A DNA stretch of 64,000 bases, from positions 7,361-71,360 of the IMG/VR virus record IMGVR_UViG_3300008952_001755. One strand, 5' to 3'. The stretch comes from a virus. Shown piece by piece: positions 8,807 to 17,162 of the stretch (position 1 is the first letter of the stretch; every line of letters begins with the position of its first letter). Below the pieces are notes generated by a model. It did not search any database. It was not told where the DNA came from and saw only the letters and a program-made list of their open reading frames with translations. The translations under genes were made by a program, and so were the position numbers.

Positions 8807-9806
8807 CGAAGTAAAGTTTAGTAAGATCCATCAAACTCTTAGGCATATTCTCATCCAGTAAGTGATGCATGATCTTAGTGTCCCACACATTCTTAGTGTA
8901 AATCCCATAATTAATCAAGAACTTTAGGTCAAACTTAGCGTTGTGGAATACCTTCTTGTTCTTTGGGTTCTCTAAGATGCGGCGAAGAATAACCCAGACC
9001 TCTGCGTAGTGGGGTTCCCCCTTCCTAAACGGACTGTCCTTATGATCCAGGGGGATAACCCAGGTCTGATCCTTTGAAGTAAAGGAGATCGTCATAATAC
9101 TATCCTTCAAGAAGTTCAGCCCTGTAGTCTCTGTGTCGATTGCTATTGTCTCATACGAATTTTTTAGCTTTAGACCTAATTCCTTAACCTCTTCGATCTT
9201 AGTGAGGACCTTGTAGGTAAAGTTCCCGTCAACTGTTTTGCCAAGTACATATTTTTCATACGCATTTTGAATGTCTGTTCTGAACAAGGCTGTGTGACGA
9301 GGCTCTTTAATACAGGAGTAAGGATGAAAAAGAGGCACAACGATGCAGCGATGCCCATTAGCAGTAGTGAATTCATAAGATTTCCCTCTCTTATTTGTGA
9401 TGCCACTCTTCTTGATTAGCATCTTCATAGCTAGATTTCCACAAGGGAATACCAGCTTGGGTTTTACTTTGTCTATAGTCGCTTCTAGATGGTTGCGACA
9501 CAGGCCCATATTTGTTGGAGTCATGTCTGCTTCTCTAACCGAAGGACACTTAACAGACGCAGCCATCTTATAGTTCTCCTTATAGCAATCATCAATTAAA
9601 GCTATCTCAACTTTTGAGAAAGGAGATATAGTTCCAAGTCTATAGTTAAGTGAATCAGAGAGAAACAAAACAGGAGCTTCTTCAAGATCCTCATAGTCCA
9701 TGACTGAATGACAGGGTTTACTTTTCTCCAGAACGGAACACCCCTCACATAAAGGATTATCCCCATGGGTTTTGTGTCCTGCGTACAATTTATCAAGATC
9801 GAACAT
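8784..9806 (-). CDS. Family A DNA polymerase, fragment 1 (family-4 UDG-like domain plus ExoI/ExoII of the 3'-5' exonuclease)
   Basis: CEGC, VKCP, LCRNHL, KPKLVFPCGNLA, LFHP (UDG4 fold); IAIDTETTGL (ExoI), FHNAKFDL (ExoII), WDTKIMHHLLDEN. Confidence 0.85.
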   Translation of the reverse strand: MFDLDKLYAGHKTHGDNPLCEGCSVLEKSKPCHSVMDYEDLEEAPVLFLSDSLNYRLGTISPFSKVEIALIDDCYKENYKMAASVKCPSVREADMTPTNMGLCRNHLEATIDKVKPKLVFPCGNLAMKMLIKKSGITNKRGKSYEFTTANGHRCIVVPLFHPYSCIKEPRHTALFRTDIQNAYEKYVLGKTVDGNFTYKVLTKIEEVKELGLKLKNSYETIAIDTETTGLNFLKDSIMTISFTSKDQTWVIPLDHKDSPFRKGEPHYAEVWVILRRILENPKNKKVFHNAKFDLKFLINYGIYTKNVWDTKIMHHLLDENMPKSLMDLTKLYFANELEDL

Positions 9807-9808
9807 GG

Positions 9809-9817
9809 CTATAATAG
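9809..9817. promoter_or_regulatory. Near-palindromic CTATAATAG element in a 14-bp divergent gap; candidate bidirectional promoter
   Basis: Lies between ATG 9806 (-) and ATG 9821 (+); same element at 10941-10949 and 63940-63948. Confidence 0.5.
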
Positions 9818-9820
9818 GGT

Positions 9821-10168
9821 ATGAAAAATCATTACATAGATAACAAGAGATTTGAAGAGATCATCCTATTATACCAGCAAGACCCAGAAACTTACGAGGA
9901 TGATCTAGTTTCTTTATTTGATCTATTGATCACCAACATAATTGAATCTTTTAGATTCAAGGTAGATCCTGATGATGCGAAGCAAGAATGTTTCGCCTTA
10001 GTTCTCAAGACTGTTAAAAACTTTAAGCCTAGGAAGGGAACAGCGTTCAACTATTTTACAACCATCGTAATCAATAATCTAAAATTGATGTACACTAGGG
10101 ACAAAAAATACAGGCAAAAAATCGACAACTATATCGAAAGAAAGAAGGATGATTTTATACAACCCTGA
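9821..10168 (+). CDS. Late-transcription sigma factor (T4 gp55-like), short
   Basis: HYIDNKRF N-terminus; DAKQEC...KNFKP...AFNYFTTI resembles the gp55 region 2 AFxYFT motif. Confidence 0.75.
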   Translation: MKNHYIDNKRFEEIILLYQQDPETYEDDLVSLFDLLITNIIESFRFKVDPDDAKQECFALVLKTVKNFKPRKGTAFNYFTTIVINNLKLMYTRDKKYRQKIDNYIERKKDDFIQP

Positions 10169-10475
10169 GATTTTTCATCACCATCGACAAATAATCCTCT
10201 GAATGTATACCCTTCTTAGCTAGGCGTACAAGGTGAGGTAGCTTCGTTGTGTTATATATAACAAAGCTGTGTGGCATACGGAAGCTGTCTACAATGTAGA
10301 CGGGTTGGCCTCGATCAACATTTTTATACTTTTCTTTGAGCTTGTCTATCAAAGTATTAGAATGCTTGTCCCATAAAGAAACAAACAAGATGTTAATGGG
10401 AGTCCTATCTTTCTTGTAGGATCTAATGATCTTATTCAGATCATTCTCTTTTCTAAGGAAGTGTAATTTATACAT
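10155..10475 (-). CDS. Hypothetical protein, possible Cys-less thioredoxin-like fold
   Basis: INILFVSLWDKHS ... VYIVDS ... TKLPHLV follows thioredoxin spacing without CxxC. Confidence 0.4.
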   Translation of the reverse strand: MYKLHFLRKENDLNKIIRSYKKDRTPINILFVSLWDKHSNTLIDKLKEKYKNVDRGQPVYIVDSFRMPHSFVIYNTTKLPHLVRLAKKGIHSEDYLSMVMKNLRVV

Positions 10476-10936
10476 TAGCCTTCGTATTTCTTAGGTTCTT
10501 TGGATTTAATAACATCCTCGTTAAGAGTCTTCTTAATAGAACCTCGGTCCATAAAATTTTCAGGAGTAGTTGTGGGTGCAGCCCCAGAAAGATCATGTTC
10601 AAGAACTGCCGTCTCGGCTAACTTAACTTCACCGTCATCATTCTCAATCACGGTGATCCCTGACGCAGCCAGTTCCTCTTTGTTCTCTGAGGCGTACTTC
10701 TGTACCATGTCTGATAGCTGCTTGTTAAGTGCTTCGATGCCTGTCACGAAGACAGTTTTGATAAAGTCTGCGTCAGTAATCTCCTGAGGCTTACACACAT
10801 CAGCAAAATTCTTGAAGGCAATAGCCTCATCCTTCGAAAGTTTAATTTGTAGTTTCATACGATCCTTACTCCGCTCATCTATACGAATTCTCCATTGACT
10901 GACATCCAGCTTAATACTTGTTTGCTCGGGATCCAT
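10475..10936 (-). CDS. Hypothetical protein
   Basis: 153-aa ORF preceded by TATAAT-N6-ATG; stop overlaps the next start. Confidence 0.6.
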   Translation of the reverse strand: MDPEQTSIKLDVSQWRIRIDERSKDRMKLQIKLSKDEAIAFKNFADVCKPQEITDADFIKTVFVTGIEALNKQLSDMVQKYASENKEELAASGITVIENDDGEVKLAETAVLEHDLSGAAPTTTPENFMDRGSIKKTLNEDVIKSKEPKKYEG

Positions 10937-10940
10937 CTAA

Positions 10941-10949
10941 CTATTATAG
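10941..10949. promoter_or_regulatory. CTATTATAG/CTATAATAG element at a divergent junction
   Basis: Minus strand reads TATAAT-AGTTAG-ATG(10936); plus strand reads element, AGGTG, then ATG 10965. Confidence 0.5.
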
Positions 10950-10964
10950 TGTAGGTGATAAATT

Positions 10965-11477
10965 ATGGAAGACAATTATGATTTTTCTGCGTTAAAGAAA
11001 AAGAAAAGGGTAAACAGCAGGGCTAAGGGGTCCTCGTTTGAAAGGTCCGTAGCCAAGATACTTAATGATAGATTCAACACCACAGAATTTTCAAGAACTC
11101 CTGGATCGGGTGCCTTCGCTACCACACACGCGCTCCCAGACCACCTTAAAATTTATGGGGACTTGATCACACCACTAAACTTTAAGTATTGTATAGAGTG
11201 CAAGAAAGGATACAATAAAGAAAACTTATACAGTCTATATAATTATAGTTCAGACTTCTGGAAATTTGTAGATCAATGTGAAAAAGATTCGGAAAAATGC
11301 CACAAGATACCAATGGTAATATTTAAACAAGATAGACAGAAAACCCTGGCTATAGTCCCCTATAATATATTATATAAATCTAATAATTACATAGAGATAC
11401 ACAAAGAAGAAAAAACATACAGAGTATACCTCTTTGATGATCTCCTTAAAGAGCTTGATTACTTTTGGATTGATTGA
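10965..11477 (+). CDS. PD-(D/E)xK nuclease, Hjc-like Holliday junction resolvase
   Basis: NSRAKGSSFER, RTPGSGA, GDLI, IECKK, PMVIFKQDR motifs. Confidence 0.75.
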   Translation: MEDNYDFSALKKKKRVNSRAKGSSFERSVAKILNDRFNTTEFSRTPGSGAFATTHALPDHLKIYGDLITPLNFKYCIECKKGYNKENLYSLYNYSSDFWKFVDQCEKDSEKCHKIPMVIFKQDRQKTLAIVPYNILYKSNNYIEIHKEEKTYRVYLFDDLLKELDYFWID

Positions 11478-14013
11478 TCAAAGTCTCAAGTAATCTCATC
11501 TGTCCCACCATGTACTGATACATAGTATCATCTTTTAGGCCCTCTTCTGTATCATCTTTTAGGCCCTTTTCTGGTAGTCCTTCGAATATTGTTCCCATTC
11601 TTTTCATACTTTCTAGGTCAACATCACAAACTGTGCGTGTCTCTCTTTTTCTAGTATCAGGCTTTCCTGTTTTAGGGTTGGCTTCACTTCCGCTCCAAGT
11701 GCCTTCAAAACCAAGTTTACAGGAAATACCACCAACACTTATTTGAAGCTTGAGTAGGTCACTTCCCACAGGACTAATAATAACTGTGTCCTCTATTGTC
11801 TTCCCCTCTGCCCGTGCTGCTATATCAGCATTGTTAGCCTCTGTCATCTTATGAAATATTTCATTGTGTCGGAAAACGAGTGATTTGTTATCATCATGAG
11901 AGGTTATATCCGTAACTATATCTCTATAGTTTCCTCCCGTCATAATTGCGTTTCTAATAACCCAATCTCTTGCAGCTTGTTGTGTTTTGGGATCACTAGC
12001 ATCAGCTAGAGCTTTTTGGACCTTCCTAAGTCTAGCTTGTCTACCAATTAACTCCGCTGCCCTACCTCTATCTGCTGCATTTTTAAAATTTACATCCTGT
12101 AAAAAAGTTTTACCCAGTTCAGTATCTACCGCTTGGTCATAGGATAACTTATCCTTTACAATTGTTTCCAACTCAGCACAGGCTTGATCAGGTTGAACAG
12201 ATTTTATCTTGCCATCAACTGTATAGGTTTTACCGTCATTAATTGTGGATTCTAGACTAGCTACCTCAGCTTCTAACTCTTCTTCAAACTCCAAGAATGC
12301 ATCCCAGCGTTCCTTTCCTGCACCCTGTGTAATATCACCAAACTGTAGTTCGTCTGCCCATTCAGTAAAGCCTTCCTGGAACTTTTTATCTTCAGCCGCT
12401 TTTGGGCCAAGCTCCCCACGAATAGATGCTCTCCTTCTTGCATTAGTATTGTATTCTCCAATTTTAGCATCTCCCAGCTTATCCATTTTATCTTTTTGAC
12501 CAACACCTAGCTCCCAGCCATAATTAGGATCATCACTTTTTGTGATTGCTAGTGCTGGTTCCAGCCCCAGTAATTCTGCCGCTGCATCAGCCCTGGCTTT
12601 TCCATCAGGTGTGTTACTGTAGTACAAAACAGTATCACTCCTCCCTCCTGAGCCTCCTCCTTTACTCAAATCTCCAGCAGAATCAGCACCCATAGCTTTA
12701 GCAAAAGCCATGTGTCTGGCTATGGTCATCATGGTATATCTAACTAAGGGTTTCCCGCCATCTGTTGAAGCCATCTCAGCTTGTTCCATAAGGATTTGTT
12801 CTTCAGAATCAAGCTCAAAAGTTTTATATGCATCTTCTTCAGTAACCTTACCCTTTGCATACTCTATAAGTTTTTGTCCTTTTTCCCGTATGTAAGCAGC
12901 TATATCTTTCATAGCAGCATCCCTTTTAACTGGATCGGTTCCTGCCTCTGCAAGCTTTACAGCAGCAATCATACACTTCTCATCAACAGTTGCTCTAATT
13001 GTATTTAAATTCTGTCCTCCTTTAGATGCTGGTCCTGTTAAAGCCTTTTCTTTATAAGCTTCTTTACAAGTTTTTTTAAGAGCCTCTAAAGCGTCCCTTT
13101 GTAAAGCATTTTTGGTGTTAATTACCACCCCTGTTTCTTGGTTATCCCCAAATAAAAATAACTTACCATCGTAAGTACCAACTTTTTTACTAATTGTATC
13201 ACAATCCCCTTCACCTGTTAGAAATTTCATAAAATCTCTATGATGCCGTGCTGCTGTAACTACTAATCCAGGATGAATATGTTCCTGCTCACCGTCTGGG
13301 CCTATGGCTTTTCCGTTAGCTAGTTTATAACCAAAGGCTGCTGCTGATTGACCCGTTAAATATCTTCCAGGAGACTCACAATACCTAGGCTTAGGTTTAG
13401 TTGTTATAGCAAGACAAAAATCCTTTAAATCATCGTAGGTGTCTTCTATAGCCTCTATGGCACCCTTAATATTATTATCATTATCTTTATCAATATTATA
13501 TACAGCTTCCCCAGTTGCTTTATTTATCTGTTCTAAGAAAATTGTTTCTGGCCTTGCTAGTGCATCATATCGAGCAGCTTCTTCTTCCGCTTCTATTTGC
13601 TCTCTACTTAATTCTTCGGCACCCCCATCTTTAAACCAATTAACAAGCATTGTCCATGCTTCTGAGCTTACATCTGGATTTCCTCCTGCGTCTGCTATAG
13701 GTTTCGGCCACCCTGCACCTACAGGTCCTCCTACTAAATTAATTTTATTAGTTTTAACCCCTAAATAAGCGTAGGGCTCGCCCCCCTTTACTTGTTTAGA
13801 TGGATCATGCTTCTGTACTGCCCCTGCTGCAATAACTTCTTGCGCTTTAGCTTCAGCGTCTTTCTGAGACGCAGCATCTACATCCTCCTGACTGGATTTT
13901 CCATTGTCAGGTTTGACTTTTTGGGGTTTCTCTGCTTCTGAGATATAAGTAAGTTTGAATGTACGCTTCTTAAGCTTTTCGTAACTCTCCATTAGGTCTG
14001 AGAAGTAATCCAT
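11446..14013 (-). CDS. Large hypothetical protein (855 aa), possibly virion-internal
   Basis: Long ORF downstream of the tail tube; N-terminal LMES/ISEA resemble gp21-type processing sites; no family recognised. Confidence 0.6.
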   Translation of the reverse strand: MDYFSDLMESYEKLKKRTFKLTYISEAEKPQKVKPDNGKSSQEDVDAASQKDAEAKAQEVIAAGAVQKHDPSKQVKGGEPYAYLGVKTNKINLVGGPVGAGWPKPIADAGGNPDVSSEAWTMLVNWFKDGGAEELSREQIEAEEEAARYDALARPETIFLEQINKATGEAVYNIDKDNDNNIKGAIEAIEDTYDDLKDFCLAITTKPKPRYCESPGRYLTGQSAAAFGYKLANGKAIGPDGEQEHIHPGLVVTAARHHRDFMKFLTGEGDCDTISKKVGTYDGKLFLFGDNQETGVVINTKNALQRDALEALKKTCKEAYKEKALTGPASKGGQNLNTIRATVDEKCMIAAVKLAEAGTDPVKRDAAMKDIAAYIREKGQKLIEYAKGKVTEEDAYKTFELDSEEQILMEQAEMASTDGGKPLVRYTMMTIARHMAFAKAMGADSAGDLSKGGGSGGRSDTVLYYSNTPDGKARADAAAELLGLEPALAITKSDDPNYGWELGVGQKDKMDKLGDAKIGEYNTNARRRASIRGELGPKAAEDKKFQEGFTEWADELQFGDITQGAGKERWDAFLEFEEELEAEVASLESTINDGKTYTVDGKIKSVQPDQACAELETIVKDKLSYDQAVDTELGKTFLQDVNFKNAADRGRAAELIGRQARLRKVQKALADASDPKTQQAARDWVIRNAIMTGGNYRDIVTDITSHDDNKSLVFRHNEIFHKMTEANNADIAARAEGKTIEDTVIISPVGSDLLKLQISVGGISCKLGFEGTWSGSEANPKTGKPDTRKRETRTVCDVDLESMKRMGTIFEGLPEKGLKDDTEEGLKDDTMYQYMVGQMRLLETLINQSKSNQAL
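11525..11567. repeat. 19-nt direct repeat (period 24) encoding GLKDDT twice
   Basis: gtatcatcttttaggccct at 11525-11543 and 11549-11567. Confidence 0.85.
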
Positions 14014-14037
14014 ATTATATAATAGCCAAGTTAATCA

Positions 14038-14069
14038 GGCTCAGTCTGCTTGCAGTAACAGACTGAGCC
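14038..14069 (-). terminator. Stem-loop downstream of the tail tube gene
   Basis: GGCTCAGTCTG-N10-CAGACTGAGCC, perfect 11-bp stem; U-tract weak. Confidence 0.55.
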
Positions 14070-14096
14070 CTTAGATACCTAAACATCACCTCCTGA

Positions 14097-14693
14097 TTAG
14101 GATGTTGGGTTAGCGTAGTCGTAAACATTCATGAAATCATACTTGAAGTTCACAGTCAGTTGGTGAAATGCGTTCGTAGAATAGTTAAACTCTGAAGCGG
14201 TCCAACTAGTGGGATAAACACCGTAAAGCTCCACAGTAGAGTGTGGGGTCATGGTGTTATCCAACATAACCACTTCAACTTTATCAGCTTTAAAGGTCTG
14301 ACCAGCAGTACCTCCAGGCTGTGCGCTCTTTGTCATCTCACCAGTGAGAGGATCATAAGTGTGACGGAAGTAGCGATAAAGATCAGAAGCAGTTTCACGA
14401 AGGTATAGGTTATCAAAGTCCACAGTAAGCTCACCAGGGGTGGTCTTACCAGGATAATGGACCTTATCGTTAACGCGATCAACAACAATTGCCTCGTTCT
14501 TCATTTCCAAACCACCAACTTTCTTAGCAGCAAGAGTTAAATCAGGTTGATTCGTAATATCTTCAGGAAGCCCAAAGAAGTGAATCTCAAATTGATATGT
14601 CCTTACTGAATCTAGATCTGTAGAGATGGTAGGAAGACCCTGACCAGGGGTGAAATTTCGGTCGTATTTAGTCTTGTAATAAGATGTTGCCAT
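14097..14693 (-). CDS. Tail tube protein (gp19-like)
   Basis: VHYPGK, LTVDF, LYGVYPTS, FNYS, LTVNFKYD; immediately follows the sheath gene. Confidence 0.88.
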   Translation of the reverse strand: MATSYYKTKYDRNFTPGQGLPTISTDLDSVRTYQFEIHFFGLPEDITNQPDLTLAAKKVGGLEMKNEAIVVDRVNDKVHYPGKTTPGELTVDFDNLYLRETASDLYRYFRHTYDPLTGEMTKSAQPGGTAGQTFKADKVEVVMLDNTMTPHSTVELYGVYPTSWTASEFNYSTNAFHQLTVNFKYDFMNVYDYANPTS

Positions 14694-14704
14694 TATTTAA
14701 TTCC

Positions 14705-16915
14705 TTAAAGTGATCCTAACTGAGCCGACTGGTTAGTTAGGTTGATTTCGAAGATGAGGATCTCAGCAGTCTTGGTAGGCTTAATGAGAACCTTAGTCCA
14801 AAGTTCGTTGCGATCAATTCTAAGCGGAGTGTTAGTAGTTTCATCACAAACAACACGGAACTCGGTGATGCCTCTTCTTCTACGGATATCATCGAGGAAG
14901 GGGTTCAGAACACCTTCGATCTGTGCCCAAGTGAACTCATCGTTAGGCTCGAAAACAAACCGTTGGGTAGCTGCAAGGATAACCTTGCGAATGTAGATCA
15001 TTAGTCTGCGGATATTAATTCTATCCAGAGCAGTAGCAGATCTTTGAGAGGTTCTTTGACCAAAGATAGTGATGCCTTGTTGCGGGAAGGAAACGATTGG
15101 GTTAACAACATTTCCACCACTGTAAAGACTGTCTCTATCACCTTGGTTCAGTTTGACCTCGACCTCTGTAGGCTTAGTGAGGCGACCTCTACGGTATCCC
15201 GCAGGAGCAAACCAGCTATCAGCCACAGCGTCCGTGAAAGCCATCTGACGGGCTCCGAAGATCGCAGGATCGTACCAGCGATCAAGTCCGTCAAAGGTAC
15301 TGAACACCTTCACCCAAGGCCAGTAGATAGCAGCATAAGAACTATTAATCGCAGCGGTTCTCGACCCACCAGTAGAGGAAGACTTACCGTTACTCCAATC
15401 AATTGCATCCTGAACCGTACCCACTGCAACAGGAGGTGAAACAAGAGCAAGGAAGTTTTGAGTAGTTTCAGCCAGAGTAATAAGATTATTCTGAACCGAT
15501 TGAGTTTGAATTCCAGGTACTAAGGCGATTCCAATGTTAAGAGTAGGATCATCTAGTGATTGCATTCCCGTCTTAGGATCAACAGAAGCATCTCCAATCA
15601 GCGCAGCAGCAGCAGTTCCAGATTCATCACCATTCAAACCACCAGTTAAAGCTTTACCAGTATTGGGAACCACTTTATTGAATCTACTACCAGTACCACC
15701 TGTGGTTGTTTCTGTGAGGGTTTCTGGGGCAGCAGTGCCCGTTGGCGAGTTAGCTGGGCTTAACCAACGAGAAGTAATAGTAAAGGTGTTGGTAGCTAAA
15801 AGGCTTCCAAGTGTACCAGTATAATTATCAAGCTTGGCTGCGGCAATATCAGCATCATCCTTCAGCAAGTTACCTTTAATGATATCAGAAGTAGTATTAG
15901 TTTCTCCAGTGTTAATAACATCTTCAATGAACGCACCCGAACCAACGAAACTGCACTTGAAAGTTTCATCCGTAATACCATTTTGATTAACATTAATATT
16001 AAAGTTTTGTGAACCTAAATCAGCAGCAGTAATAGTATTACCACTAGCAGTTCCATCTGTCTTAGTACCACCATTATACCCCGTTCCAGGATGTAAGGAT
16101 TCCACTTTATAAGCAGCAGAGTTTGTACCTGATAAAATTACGCTTCCACCATAAACTCTTACAGCCGAAGCGTAGAGTCCAGAGGCACCAAAACCAGCAG
16201 TAGATCCACTAGGAGCCCAGGTTGCCATTAAAGCTGAACAACCAGTAGTTCCTGGAGTAAATGTAGTCGAGCTACAAGCTGATACTCCAATAGAAGCACC
16301 AGAACCAGCATAGCTTCCGACAATTGCGCCAGAAAGACCTATACCAGCAGCATCAGAACCAACTCCCCCATCAAAGAAGCAACCAACTTTATCAGCATCT
16401 AAGCCTCCACCAACAATCTTTCTAATGGCTTCAGCTTGGCTTGTAGCGGTGCCAGCAGGGATGCTAAAGTCCTTACCTGCACTGGAGTTATCAGCAAATT
16501 GTGCCACCCCTGCGTCATCATAAACTTGAATTCTTAAGGTAAGGGCACTCAACACACCAAAGCCTTCTCCCGTAGCAAAAGTATCTACACCCGATACTAA
16601 AACAGCAGGACAAGAACCGAGTCCCATAAGAGCAGAAGCATCAGCAGCAGTGCTGGCTGCGGCTCTTACAAAATACATACTGTTGGTTTGCTCTAAGATT
16701 TCGAGTCCACCCTCAAGACCTTGACCAGTAAGACCTTCGCTGGGCTCACCAAAAGTCCTGATAAGGTTATTTTGGCTAGTGATTAAAGTAGCCTTATTCG
16801 TGGGGCCTTTACCAGCAAACCCTACAATACCAACGATGGAAGTATTGATTGACGGGGCATATTCTGAAATATCTTTCTCAATGGTGTATACACCAGGGCT
16901 TACATAATTTACCAT
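14705..16915 (-). CDS. Tail sheath protein (gp18-like)
   Basis: YVSPGVYTIEKDIS, SSYAAIYWPWV, WFAPAGYRRG, LDRINIRRL, FVFEPND, IKPTKTAEIL. Confidence 0.95.
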   Translation of the reverse strand: MVNYVSPGVYTIEKDISEYAPSINTSIVGIVGFAGKGPTNKATLITSQNNLIRTFGEPSEGLTGQGLEGGLEILEQTNSMYFVRAAASTAADASALMGLGSCPAVLVSGVDTFATGEGFGVLSALTLRIQVYDDAGVAQFADNSSAGKDFSIPAGTATSQAEAIRKIVGGGLDADKVGCFFDGGVGSDAAGIGLSGAIVGSYAGSGASIGVSACSSTTFTPGTTGCSALMATWAPSGSTAGFGASGLYASAVRVYGGSVILSGTNSAAYKVESLHPGTGYNGGTKTDGTASGNTITAADLGSQNFNINVNQNGITDETFKCSFVGSGAFIEDVINTGETNTTSDIIKGNLLKDDADIAAAKLDNYTGTLGSLLATNTFTITSRWLSPANSPTGTAAPETLTETTTGGTGSRFNKVVPNTGKALTGGLNGDESGTAAAALIGDASVDPKTGMQSLDDPTLNIGIALVPGIQTQSVQNNLITLAETTQNFLALVSPPVAVGTVQDAIDWSNGKSSSTGGSRTAAINSSYAAIYWPWVKVFSTFDGLDRWYDPAIFGARQMAFTDAVADSWFAPAGYRRGRLTKPTEVEVKLNQGDRDSLYSGGNVVNPIVSFPQQGITIFGQRTSQRSATALDRINIRRLMIYIRKVILAATQRFVFEPNDEFTWAQIEGVLNPFLDDIRRRRGITEFRVVCDETTNTPLRIDRNELWTKVLIKPTKTAEILIFEINLTNQSAQLGSL

Positions 16916-16925
16916 TTAATTTCTC

Positions 16926-17102
16926 CTAAGCGTTAGAAATCTTAAAGACCCTACGCCGATGCAGGGTTCTGATTTGTTCTGTGATGTAGCTCTCGGGAAC
17001 TACAAGGCTTTCCCCAGGCTGCATGAACCTCTCCTTACAACCTTTTTCAGTACTAAAGTAGACGGTTATGGACTGAAGACAATCATTTTTTACAACTTTC
17101 AT
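16926..17102 (-). CDS. Small hypothetical protein (58 aa; not in the ORF track)
   Basis: Hand-translated MKVVKNDCLQSITVYFSTEKGCKERFMQPGESLVVPESYITEQIRTLHRRRVFKISNA*; AAGGAAGG upstream; fills the gap before the sheath. Confidence 0.7.
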   Translation of the reverse strand: MKVVKNDCLQSITVYFSTEKGCKERFMQPGESLVVPESYITEQIRTLHRRRVFKISNA

Positions 17103-17162
17103 AACTAATTCCTTCCTTTATTATGTACTAATGGGACTATACTTTTGTGAAAACTTTTTTTA

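Noticed and set aside
6226-9806. Stop-codon reassignment as the cause of the polA fragmentation
   Set aside because: Other genes are full length in the standard code and use TAA, TAG and TGA as stops; fragments 2 and 3 are in different frames
14030-14096. tRNA or structured ncRNA in the gap after the tail tube gene
   Set aside because: Only a single hairpin, with no cloverleaf or T-loop motif; treated as a possible terminator
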